The notes beneath the pieces were generated by a model, which saw only the letters and a list, made by a program, of their open reading frames with translations, was not told the origin of the DNA and searched no databases. A stretch of 64,000 bases of DNA from contig CM035353.1 of assembly GCA_020137815.1 (NCBI GenBank), positions 1,736,001 to 1,800,000 on the forward strand, in the 5' to 3' direction. A program made the position numbers and the translations under genes. Below, piece after piece: positions 25,588 through 37,094 of this stretch. Positions within the stretch are counted from its first letter, which is position 1, and every line of letters begins with the position of its first letter. This DNA is from Hormiphora californensis. Taxonomy: Eukaryota; Animalia; Ctenophora.

Positions 25588-28089
25588 CGGCGGATCTATT
25601 AGGATGATAGTAGAAATGTAAAATGTGTGTCATTGAAAAATATGATACCCGTGACTTCTTCTGTTGACTTTCTGGTGAGTTTGGGTCTTCCCATGGTTAT
25701 GGGTGGTAGGATAAGGGGTCCCTTATTTGTGATACGAGTGCAATGGGATATACATCGTTATAATGTCGCCCTTCCACCCCAAATCTCCAAGTTACCCGTG
25801 TTTCGTTTTAGATTTGATTTGTCTGTGGAATGTTGCCTCGGACTGGTTGTGTTCCTCTATCCTTATATTAGTCCTCTTCTTCTTCTTTGAGGCCGTCTCC
25901 ACCATGGTTGAGATTGAGGGATGGGACCATAGAGATTCCTCTATAGTATTTCTCTATAGTGTTCCTTTATCCTTATATTAGTTCTCACTGGTGGTTGGTA
26001 CTCGTAAACACTCTGAGTGCGGTTTTCGTCCAGGTGTTTTTGAGTAATCTGCTGCTGTACGTTCTTCCTGGAAAGGGAGACAGTGTTAGATTGGATTATT
26101 GGTTCCCCACAGTAGCTGTTATAGGGGTGATATGTGATAGTTATAGGTTTTTTCAATATATATTTATGAGGATATCATTATACTTTTAAAAAGCGTCACC
26201 GTAATCGAATACCTATCAAGCCGCCCTAGATCGGAACTCAATCCAGCCCACATCACGAGCTTTTGGGAGTAGTTCGACTTGGTCCAGGTGTGCCCTGTAG
26301 GTGGTGCTGCTCCCCAGAAGATGTTGGTGCTCCCATGCAGACGGATCCGTCGAGGTGAATGTTAGCCTCATCTGTCCAGTGTCCAAAACGGTTTCTCGAG
26401 ATAGTACATATGTGACTTTTCTCACATTATATATTCTATTTCTACTTCTATTTCTATTACTATACACACTATAACTGAGGTCATTAGCTTTAATCAACTC
26501 CTCTAACACTGTTTTCTTGGACCTCTCTCCTCCTCGGACAACAGTTCGCACTGCTCGGTGCCACTCTCTATGAATTCCCAGTCAGGAAGATGCTCCTTTA
26601 TTACAATTCTTCAAAAGACGGGCCTGCTGTCCCAGTTTGTTATCAGTTATCAGAACAAGGTCAATTAGAGCAACATAATTAGAGGAAATATCATGATCCC
26701 TCCACCTTACTTCTTTAGAAACGGATTAGATGCAGACCCTTGAGTGGGTACAGTAATGTAAATGTCGATCTCAGCCTAAAGCACTCTCACACTATTTCTT
26801 GTAGTCACCTCAGATATGATAAGGAGGGTGGGGGATTCCTGAGAGTAATGCCGGTTTACCATTTCTACACGTAGCATAGGGATGGACATTCCCCTCTTCC
26901 CCAGTGAACCTCACATGAAGCGTCTGGGGTGCAGGGAGGGAGTGGACCTTCCGGTCTGCGGGGCCCACCCCGGGCCTTTATTGTAGTTGGCTTCAGATGT
27001 TGAATAAAATCCGCTTTACTAATCTTCCTCTATACATTGTCCTTGACAGTTCGGGATAGTTCTCTCGTGTACATTTTCGTAGAATGTGTGTATAGCGAAT
27101 GTAGTGACACTATTGTAATGTATAGCGAATGTATTCTTATGGTATGATACTGATGTAGGATTGATTGTCGCCAGCCGTTGTTCTAGCGTCCAGATCACGC
27201 CTTGAAAGAAGAAAAGGGATAGTAAAATATATCTAACTATCATAATTCCAGTATATTATTCAATTTAACATGAATTAGTCGTATAAAACCGGAAAAATTG
27301 TGGTATGCATACCATGGTGCCACAAAATCTTTATCGAAGCAAATATACACCCCCTTATTCGTGTGTATCCGATTGCCAGGGATAAGAAATGATTAGAAAG
27401 GGGAGGGGTCATAAATGTCCTAATCATCTTCTTTTCGCAGTGAACCTTTTGAACCCCCTCCTTTAAGGAGAAGTAGTGCCCTGAGGCATTGCCCTCCACT
27501 CTCCATCATACTGTCTAATACTGCTCGTACCGATCCTCCCTCGAATTCCGCGGCTCGCTCCCTCTCGATAACCTCCTCTACCTTCCTAAAGTGGGCTGTG
27601 GTGGCGGCGGCATTCTCCTGAAGGTTCAGCTAACCCCATCTTCTTGGCAAGTCCGGCGATGTGGCCGCGGCGGTTCAGCTCCGTATCGTTGCTGATCCAA
27701 TCTCTCAATTCTCATCTGCTCGTCCACCTGACTGAAAAAGAAGAGTCGAGTTAATAGAGGTATCGATAACAACAAGTTTAAATATTGTTTTGAGGCTATA
27801 TTTATATCTGTAATTATGAACCCGGCCGGGTTCATAACAGATACAAATATAGCCTCAAAATCCTTCACATCCCTTACACCTCTTCAAAACTGACTTAATA
27901 CTCATTCCTCATCCTCAGTGTCTCAGACTCCTCACTCTCAGACTCCTCACTAGCAAGTACATGGAGGGGGTTTCGATTATAAACTATTCTATACAATATA
28001 TTAAAGAGAAACAACGATTTTGCAGTACTAATTGTATTCAATAAATGTTTATATTATTGTTTTTTTTGCTAAAGCTCACTCTCACTCAC

Positions 28090-28240
28090 TTAACACCTCA
28101 TCCTCACTCTCATTTTCAGTCTCAGACTCCTCACTCGCAGATTCCTCGTCCGTACTGTCACTCGCAGACTCCTCGTCCATACTGTCACTCGCAGACTCCT
28201 CGTCCGTACTGTCACTCGCAGATTCCTCGTCCGTACTCTC
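28090..28240. repeat. 30-bp tandem repeat (acidic STDEESASD on the minus strand)
   Basis: CACTCGCAGAYTCCTCGTCCRTACTGT-like unit x4; related piece at 27900-27950. Confidence 0.85.
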
Positions 28241-28333
28241 GCTGCTGCTTGGCTCCCTGACATGCAATGATGCAGATTACGCACTGAGGGAAGAAAAGGA
28301 TCAGTAAAATATATTTAATTATCATAACTCAAG

Positions 28334-28495
28334 TATAAAGTCCATTTTTTTCAACTGTTCCCCCAAAATCGAAATTTCAGTGAAATTTACAATTTTTGTG
28401 GCACACGCTATCTACACGTTAACATGTGATAGACGCGCAAAACAATTCCGCGCACGACTTTGGGGGTGAACAGTTGAGAAAAAAAATGGAGTATA
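28334..28495. mobile_element. Small MITE
   Basis: TCCATTTTTTTCAACTGTTCCCCCAAAATCG / CGACTTTGGGGGTGAACAGTTGAGAAAAAAAATGGA. Confidence 0.6.
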
Positions 28496-28523
28496 TTGTT
28501 CAATTTAGCATGAATTAGTCGTA

Positions 28524-28695
28524 CAGTCGGACCCCGATTTAGGGACACCCTCGGGGGAAAGGCTCTTGTCCACTAAATCGGGGTGTCCACTAAATCGGGG
28601 TCAAATAAGGTTAATTTCCTATATCGGGGGGAAAAAATCCTGTCCCTAAATCGGGGTGCCACTAAATCGGGGGCCCCTAAATCGGGGTCCGACTG
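28524..28695. mobile_element. MITE, CAGTCGGACCCCGATTTA family
   Basis: TIRs; the empty paralogous site ATGAATTAGTCGTATAAAACC at ~27270 confirms the TA TSD. Confidence 0.93.
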
Positions 28696-29001
28696 TATAA
28701 AAACCAGAATAATTGTGGTATGGTGCCACTTGATTTCCCTATCCTATCATTCACCCGGGTGGGGAAATAATCTATAAACTCACCAAGATTATTTTCTTCC
28801 GGACCCTCGAGGGCAGTAGGATCCTACTGCCCTTCTTTTGGACTATCACTGTTAACCGTTTATGTAAGGCGCTTTCGATAGAATCATCTTCAGTAACATC
28901 CCTACAACGATATATGTTAGAAACAATAATAGTCTGTAGAGATGGTATCTCCTTCCGGCTGGGTCAACAGGAACAAAATGAAAATACGGTGTTTTATTAA
29001 A

Positions 29002-29040
29002 CGGAACAGTTTCGATGTAACAACATTTTCATCAGCCTGC
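29002..29040 (-). ncRNA. Minimal hammerhead-ribozyme-like motif in a Penelope pLTR-like repeat
   Basis: Reverse complement: AGG-CUGAUGA-AAAUGU-UGUU-ACAUC-GAAAC-UGUU-CC; host repeat recurs at 24935-25030 and 55720-55803. Confidence 0.55.
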
Positions 29041-30130
29041 AAAATTTGGAAAAAGGTTAAGAATCAAAACACACAACTTAACTGTTCACACACTGTAATA
29101 CTAACATACGACTAAATTAAGTACTAAATAACTGTAAGTAGACTCTGTAAGTAGACTCTAAAGAATAAGGGTAGCTAATAAAAAATATAATAATATAAAT
29201 CTACGAATCTGAAATACCAAATAATAACAGCTCAAAATCTCAAACTCAGGGAGATGAGAAATGATGATATTGAGCAGGCATTATTTTAATAGAAGAGTTA
29301 AGTCGTAGGTACAGAGTTGAGTAAACGAACTACGAAGATATGAAGTGGTTGTTGACCAGAGTTTTTATACCCTTTCAATCAGCCGAATTCTAAAGTGCAA
29401 CTAAGTTTTTGAGTTTGGTTCTCTCTTTTGGACTATCACTGTTAACCGTTTATGTAAGGGGAAATCGATCTCTGCATCATGACATATGAACAATCCTTTA
29501 TTCATTATTCTACAATATTCATTATTCTAAACTATACATTTTTATACAATTGATCAATTCCAAAGAAAAATAGATTAAAAAAAGGTTCGATATATATTAA
29601 CTGAATAACGGAAAATAACGGAAAATGTAACTGATCATTACATAAGCTCTCCTTGTGAGATGGCATTTTGTTTTACTCTCTTCAGGCTCAGTCCTTAGGA
29701 GAGTTTTACAATTTACACTTGTGGTTAAACTGCAGCTTGTTCCACTTCCTCATGGCCTTACCAGCTCCAAATTCACCAACTCTAGGTTTGCCAACTCAAC
29801 GTGTTGTCGCACCATGGATTGGATCAGCCGCATCAAATGCTGAGACAAGGCTCCCCTCATCCGCAGGAACTGATGCATAGGATTGGGCTTCCTCGCATAT
29901 ATGATATCGTGGCCAGCCTGGATGGGTTCAGCAATAATGGGTCTGAAGGAGTTGCTGGTCGTATCTCTGTCCCTGTCGGATCGGATATGGGCGGAATATA
30001 AACATAGTTATTATTATTATTATTATTATCCTTCTCGGGTGCTAAGTTGGATTTTACTAGGTCCTTCGTCAGTCGCCGTACCTTCGTTAATGCCCGGTTT
30101 TCCTCCTAATTGTCATGGCGTTTTATTTCG

Positions 30131-30397
30131 TCACTTCTCCCAGGAGATTACTCCTGCACACTCTCTCATCTCATTACACTCCTGGCAAACTCTACTCTCA
30201 ATCTCAGCAATATCCCAAATACAATCAGCAAGAAACTCAGACTCGTCCTCTAGCTGGAGCCCGGCGATGACCCAGTTGTATTCCTCCCATGCATTCACCT
30301 CCACGTCTACTCCAACTGCTTTCAAGACAAGCAGAGCCCTAAGGGATTGGCCTTTACTCTCCAACGCACTTTCCATCAGGTATCGCAATGTAGCTCC

Positions 30398-30433
<36 letters not shown>

Positions 30434-31144
30434 TCTCTCCTCCTCGTTCAGTTTCTCGATCTTCCTGAAGTCTGCCGCTGTTGGTGTAGGCTTCAGCAGT
30501 AGGGCTTTCACGGACTCGGAGGGTGTCAATCCTACCTTCCTCGTCAAATCGCTAACTCTCATCCGATGAGAAAGAACAACATCCTCCATTATCCATTCCT
30601 TTAGCTCCTCATTCGTCTCTCTGATGTGGTGTAGCGTGGCCCAGTCACAAGCCAGTAGGATCATGTGGATGAGCTCCATTGGGAGGTTGATCAGACTGAA
30701 CAGCATCTTCTTGATAGGTAGGTTGATCGTAGATAGCAGCCCGGTGATTGCCCACTGGTACTCTTCCCAGACGTTAACCTCCACCTCCACTCCAACGGAT
30801 TTCCAGATTAGCACCGCCATGAGGGACTGGGCCGCACTCTCCAATGCACTCTCCAAATAGTATCGTAATGATGCTCCCTCCATCTCTCTCTCTCTCTCAA
30901 CTCTCTCCTCCTCGTTCAGTTTCTCGATCTTCCTAAAGTCTGCGGCTGTTGCTTTAGGATTCTGGAGTATAGCTTGTACGGCATCGGAGGGTGTTGTCAG
31001 CCCCAGCTTCCTCGCCACTTCGCGGACTCGGATTCGGTGAGACAGCTCTGTATCCTCCCTAATCCAATCTCTAGCCTCCTCATCCACCTCACTCATCTGC
31101 CGTAGGGTGGCCCAGTTGCATGCCAGTAGAATCATATGAGGCAC
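30131..31144 (-). CDS. Unknown protein with tandem ~160-aa repeats beginning with an F-box-like motif
   Basis: Open 337-codon frame; LINLPMELIHMILLACDWATLHHI resembles the F-box consensus; the end of a third repeat is frameshifted at 31140-31245; paralogous piece at 27440-27720. Confidence 0.5.
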
Positions 31145-31677
31145 GCAATTACCCAGCTATATTCAGCCCAGGCATTGGTCTCGAGTTCAACCCCGACTTC
31201 TTTAAGGAGAAATAGTGCCCTGAGGCATTGCCCTCCACTCTCTACTAATGTCGCTGTATACATAGTCGTAATATAATATCTTGGTGACATGCGTCATGCA
31301 TGTTAAAAATATCATAAAATAAAATTAATTATTTATCATAAATTATCTACATATATTATCTTCCCGTATCTTTGGTTTCCTACTCACAAAAACGAAGGAA
31401 ACTGATTCTCCAGGACGGTCTTAACTTTGTACTTTACGCAGAATAGCTAAGATTTTTAGACAAGTTTTAAAAATGGTTCAGGTCGGTGTTACCCGACCCA
31501 TGAATATACACAATGATAATTTATTTAATATGTAATTTAAAATAGTATTTCTAAATAATTTTATAGTTCATATGGTTCATGTGTTGCCACGCTTGCTATT
31601 AGTCTCATCTTCAGTAGTTGATAGCAGTACATGTATATGGACAACTGAGACAATGATTTTATTGCAGGAAATAAATT

Positions 31678-31716
31678 ACACGACGGTTTCGTCGAACATC
31701 AACATCATCAGGCTGC
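31678..31716 (-). ncRNA. Minimal hammerhead-ribozyme-like motif
   Basis: Reverse complement: CUGAUGA-U-GUUGA-UGU-UCGAC-GAAAC-C-GUC. Confidence 0.55.
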
Positions 31717-31974
31717 TAAAAAATGAATATTAAATAATTTAAATTTAAATAATTTTAAATGAATTTGCATCATCTATAAACAATGCAGTGAGTTGAATGA
31801 TGCTGTCCTTTGCACAAGTAACCTTCGTTGCTGCAACCTTTAGGGTAATTCATTCATGAGATGTTTCCTCGTGTTTCCTAATTACCCAATCATTCATTCA
31901 TTCAAACACCGGTGGCGGGGTGCCGCTTTATTACTGCGCGAAAATATCAAAATATCAATGTGTCCCAACAGTTG

Positions 31975-32125
31975 CGTTGGGCCTTCCAGCACGGAATCCA
32001 TGTTGCTTCTTGGAGAACAGTCCATTTTTCTCAAAATAGTTCACCATGTGTGCTCTTACTATCCTTTCGAATAGCTTGATAATATGAATAGTCAAGGTGA
32101 CTGGTCGGTAGTTTTTTGAGTCTGC
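31975..32125 (-). mobile_element. LINE RT fragment
   Basis: KNYRPVTLTIHIIKLFERIVRAHMVNYFEKNGLFSKKQHGFRAGR. Confidence 0.85.
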
Positions 32126-33747
32126 AGATCATCCTGAGAAAATGGATTGGAACCAGTTGTCCAGGTGTCAGTTAGGGGTAATGTAGTAGAAGAAGATGAC
32201 ATCGTTGTAGTTGCCTTCCGCAGTGTTCCCAAACAGCTTTATTCTTCGCTAGCGACAATTTATAGCCTTAAAGTACATATTAATTATTTCGATGTGACTG
32301 GTTCCCTTCGGCCATATCTTCCTTTGTTGTTATTCTGCGAGTGGCCTTCCACAGAGATCTGCGTCTGTGGATCTGACAAATGTTTACTAAGATATAGAAG
32401 ATTATAGCCTAACATAAATTAAAGAAAGGGTATGACTACTATTGGTAGTGAAATAGTAAGGAATAGATCAATTGCCCAACGATCATTTACCTTTATTAAC
32501 TGGGAAATTTTCTGGATCTTCAGTGCCCACAACTTCGGGACACGGTTTCAATTAACCATGGCAATTATCAACTTATCAAGAATGTCTGTTAGGTAACTGG
32601 ATAAAGGAACTCTAGGGCTTTTTTAATCCCCTCGGCCCTCATTTATCACAACCGCAGAGTAATCAAATTGATAGCCGTGTAACTTTGGTCTCTTGTCTCT
32701 CTCAAAGGCATTCACCGGGGAAAAAATTGGACACATTGAGAATCACACATAAAATTAAAACTGGTTACAAAAGAATCTTTAGTTTTTCTCCATCCCCAAC
32801 CCTACTTGCTGCAACATACAGCTGATCGTGGCTGAAAAAATCTGTCTCACGGTACACCCCCATTTTCGCCAGTGTTTGTCCTTGAGACTTATTCGCCGTG
32901 AGACCAAATGATGATTAATTATTGAGACGTGGCTGATTCCCCTCGGCCATATCTTCCTTTGTTGTTGTTCCGCTAAGATCTGCGTCTGTGGATCTGGCGA
33001 GCAAGAGCTGGTTAATCCGTTTCGCCCGGAATTCATGACAGAAATATTATCTGAGGAAGTCCCCATTATCTTAAATTCTCCGTTACCAGAATATATAAAT
33101 AGTTTTATTCAGATTATTGTTTTTTAGTTGCATCTTTTTAATGTCATATCCATGAGATCGGTTGTTTCTTGGCAAGAAATTCTTGCCCTATCTGTATTTG
33201 TATCTGCAAGACTCCCGTTTTCAAATAATATACCGAAGCATGGCGTAGACAGCATCTATTAGGTCATCTGTATTATACGCCCTCGTTTCATCAAGTTTCA
33301 TTCTGTTGAAAACTTCGCCAGGTTGAGATATCCATCTACTTTGCGACATTTATCTCTGAGGCTTCCAAACACTTACAATTGAGACGGTCTCCTCATTCAT
33401 TGGATCAGTGGCCAGCTTCAGCCATGGCGGGACAAATATCATGATCATCTTTAATTCAAAAGCTAAAATTATTTATAGCTAAAGTTTTTTAAAGTTCCCA
33501 GTACCAACGAAACAGCAGCAATCCTCTTTTCCACTGAATGCCATATGGTACTGTTGTTTAGTTGAGGAGCCGAGTCGTCCATGGAGATCTCAAAGTCCGT
33601 GTGATATCCAACACTCTGTCCGCTCGGACGTCAAATATAAAGAGTCCAAAGGAAGATATAAAAAAGATTCCATAATATAAAAAAAACTTTATCTTTGCTT
33701 AGAAATAAATATTAAAACACACAAATGAAATCTAGAAACACATGAAA

Positions 33748-34075
33748 CTACAAAACCTCTTTAAAGACTACATTGTTTGTGTATCCTTTGGTATTCCCAA
33801 CCAAGACGTTTAATTGGTCACCATCCTGCGCCACGTAGAACTGGCCATGAGAAAAGAATGGTTCTTCACAAAATACTCCAACTCTAGACAGTGTGATCTG
33901 GCTTTGGGATTTCATCGCAAAGGAAGGTCTGAAAAAATAAAATTTAATTTTCATCTAGGCTAGGAATGTCAGATTACTGGAATTGAGCAATGAAATAATT
34001 ACCTCACTGGAAATTGCTTCCGGGTAATCTTGAATGGAAATCTTGAGTCACTGGGAATCATCGGAATTCTAGAAA
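33748..34075 (-). mobile_element. Helitron helicase C-terminal fragment with a short intron
   Basis: RIPMIPSDSRFPFKITRKQFPV / RPSFAM.KSQ..TLSRVGVFCEEPFFSHGQFYVA..NVVFKEVL. Confidence 0.85.
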
Positions 34076-34799
34076 TAAGTATTTAAGGCAGGACCTGGCT
34101 GGTGGTCAACAATAGTAGGTGCTAAAGTGAGATCTAGCTCATATTGGTTGGAGTAAGTTGAAGATCATTTGTTTCCAGTGAGAGGTTCATCAGACTCATG
34201 TTTATTGAGTCTGCGATGATGCCGTTTATTGTTATTCATTCATTCGTTCAAACACCGCTCGGTGGCGGGGTGCCGCTTTATTACTGGGCGAAAATATCAA
34301 AATCATATAATATGTAATATTAATTAAGATCAATTGTAAAAATAAATTTGTGAACACGACAGCTTGGGAGTCGCGGCCAGTGGGCATATTAGAGCGGTAT
34401 GCCTTACTTGGCATATGGAACATGGGCGAGTGAAGAACCGGTGTGTAATTCCTACAAGGGAATCATCGGTATCATTAAGGTGAAAAGATAACCTCCGGGC
34501 AGCTTGTCGTTTTATTAGCATATTATGTGCTGTCATTATATCTTCGCACCTGCTCCAGGCCAGAAGTGACGCCCGTTCTCATTGCCACCTCAGCTACAGG
34601 AGAGCAGTCCTTCATGTAGGTCGTACTCTTTCAGTCCTTCCCGGCCTAGTACTCATCATGTTTTCTGTGTCGCGTTATGATTTTGGCACATGATTCTGAA
34701 GTGACCTTCACTCTCTTACAATTCGTCGTACTTTACATTTATTTATAACATCGAATTTCTAAAGGTAGCTGTACGGTTGAGACGTCATCGATAGGCACA

Positions 34800-34960
34800 A
34801 TCTGCACAAGCCCAATACCCGCATAGCACCGAAGTGTTCAACACACCCACTTACTCCAGGTTCCCCACCTTTCTGGATCCTTCTATCTACATACCCGTTC
34901 TCCACAACAAACTCCGTCAAGCGCCTCGCTGTAACCTCCTTCACAACAATTCGTAACAAA
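34800..34960 (-). mobile_element. Non-LTR RT fragment (Hero/NeSL/R2-group-like)
   Basis: ARRLTEFVVENGYVDRRIQKGGEPGVSGCVEH. Confidence 0.7.
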
Positions 34961-35219
34961 TTCAAGACGTAGACTGCCAAGTTTGCATCTAAGTATTGAT
35001 ATTAAACATTTATCAATCTTTACAGACTGGGAACTGGGAACTTTTCTGGATCTTTAGTGCCCACAGTACTTACTATTTCGGGTTCTAACTAACTATTACT
35101 TTTGCGAATAGCAATTATGGACATCGACAATCTTCTGGACAATTCATCATTGGTTGATGATATGTTTCGGAAGATTTATAACATTGCTGAGTCAACCGAT
35201 AAAAATGATTTAAAAACTG

Positions 35220-35482
35220 ATAAAAGACAATGATGATAATTATAGAAAATGATACATAATATAAAATGATGAACGAAAATGATAAGGGAAAAGGTAAATG
35301 CAAATAATAAAATTATATGATAAAATAAATGATAAAAGAAAATGATAAAAGTAAATGATAAAATAAATGATAAAATATAATGAAAAGAGAAGAGAGAAAA
35401 TGATATAAAAAGAGAAAATGATTAGATAAAATGATGAGAGAAAATGATAATGAAAGAAATAATAAAAGAAAATAATAAAAGA
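35220..35482. repeat. AT-rich simple repeat (AAAATGAT-like)
   Basis: Directly visible. Confidence 0.9.
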
Positions 35483-35868
35483 AATCCGGTGAGTCCCATT
35501 GGTGGGTCCCATCGGATTTTTTTAAATTACAAGACCGGATGAAGCTGACCGGTAGTGAATGAACCTAACTGGTATCTCCTTGCAGTAGTCACTTCCTTTA
35601 TATTACATATTTATATTGTTGTTCTGCGAGTGGCCTTCCGCTGAGATTCATCGGAGGATCTGACGAGAAGTTTTTTACAAATATTGTAGCGGAGTTACAC
35701 CAGCACCATCGTGGATGAAGAAAGGGCCTATCAAGCCTAGGACGGAGCTCAATCCAGCCCACATGACGAGCTTTTGGGAGTAAATTGAGTACAGTCGTCC
35801 AGGTGTGTCCTGCAGTAAAGTACACCCCAAACTACTATGTCCCTCACTCGGGTTTTGTGAAATTTCCC

Positions 35869-35995
35869 ACGGTCATAACTCCACTCCCTGATGAGATAGA
35901 GACTTGAAATTTGTTTTGTACGAAGAACTCGATATGATCTCCCTACAAAACAAATTTCAAGTCTCTATCTTATCAGGGGGTGGAGCTATGGCCGT
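35869..35995. mobile_element. Palindromic MITE / hairpin
   Basis: ACGGTCATAACTCCAC..AGAGACTTGAAATTTGTTTTGTA / TACAAAACAAATTTCAAGTCTCT..GTGGAGCTATGGCCGT. Confidence 0.75.
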
Positions 35996-36428
35996 CTAAA
36001 ATCCGGTCGCGCGCAGCAAGGGACATAGTAGTTTGGGGGGACCTTTAGGTGGAGTTGCTCCCAAGAATATTCTATTTAAACCCGCTATATAGGTTTTGGA
36101 AGAGCTATCAATTAACATTACTGAGCCAGTCACTGAAATAAATAATAATACTAATCGATAATATTCTGGAAGGTGGGTTTCTGTCGAAACTGTTGTTCTG
36201 TAAAGTGTCTTTAAACACATCTCGTGCCTTTTTCGGTAGCCTTTATGATCTTTAAGGAACTTCCTTAATCGTGTGACCAAACTGAGGAAGTGGTACGGGC
36301 CGTCGAGCATGTCGCACCGCCTCTTGATATCCAGATAAAGCTGCAAAAAATGTTGATAGAGAGGTGAGCGGTATCACGTAACATTTTGCAACAATATTAC
36401 GGTTTAAAATACATATTAACATTTTTAT

Positions 36429-36560
36429 TTAAACCGGGGCGTACACTTTCATAAGGAAAGAAATCATCATTAGCATGGTCTTCCCTCTGCTCTTGTTCGT
36501 CCAGAAAAAATGTATGTACCTGGTAGCGGCGGTCCATCGTGCGTGGCTAGGGGCGCTTAT
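36429..36560 (-). mobile_element. Transposase fragment (HARW...KVYAP), same family as the PCHxQAxER piece; paralog at 38668-38800
   Basis: SHARWTAATRYIHFF..ISFLMKVYAPV. Confidence 0.55.
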
Positions 36561-37094
36561 ACTCAGTTGTGCCACATCATCTGTTAGTTCATCTGAGTAA
36601 AGAAAGAAGGCTATAACCAGGTTCCACTTCATCAACGGAAACGGGCAACCTGATGTTGCATTATTATGAACCCGGGTATGCCATGTGAATTGTGCAGAAT
36701 GTGCACCGTCCCCTTTTATACTGATATCCCTATCTTCTTACCAAAATATAGCTATTTTCAGACTTCTTTAATATATTTATCTCATAATTCAAAACAAGAT
36801 GATTTGTCAGTTTAGTCACAAATGCTGCTGTTAGTAGCTTGTGTTTGTTAATTCCCGTGTTAAATCACTATAATCCACTCGAAAATTCCACCGTTATGTT
36901 GCTTGCAACAATTTCTATCTGCCTTCTGATGGCCCTGCAAGTATCCTGGTAGTATGTGCATGTGGAGGTAGAACAGGAATCAATCCACTGGATGAGTTTA
37001 GGAATATTGGGGGCTTTGTCCAAGTGAGAAGATCCTCTCCTGAAAACAGCCCTATATCTTCATCCGATCATCGTAGAGAATAGTAATGATCCTA

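Noticed and set aside
36915-36960. P-loop-like ILAGPSEGR (Polinton ATPase) snippet
   Set aside because: The Walker A motif is incomplete and followed by a stop; too weak to call
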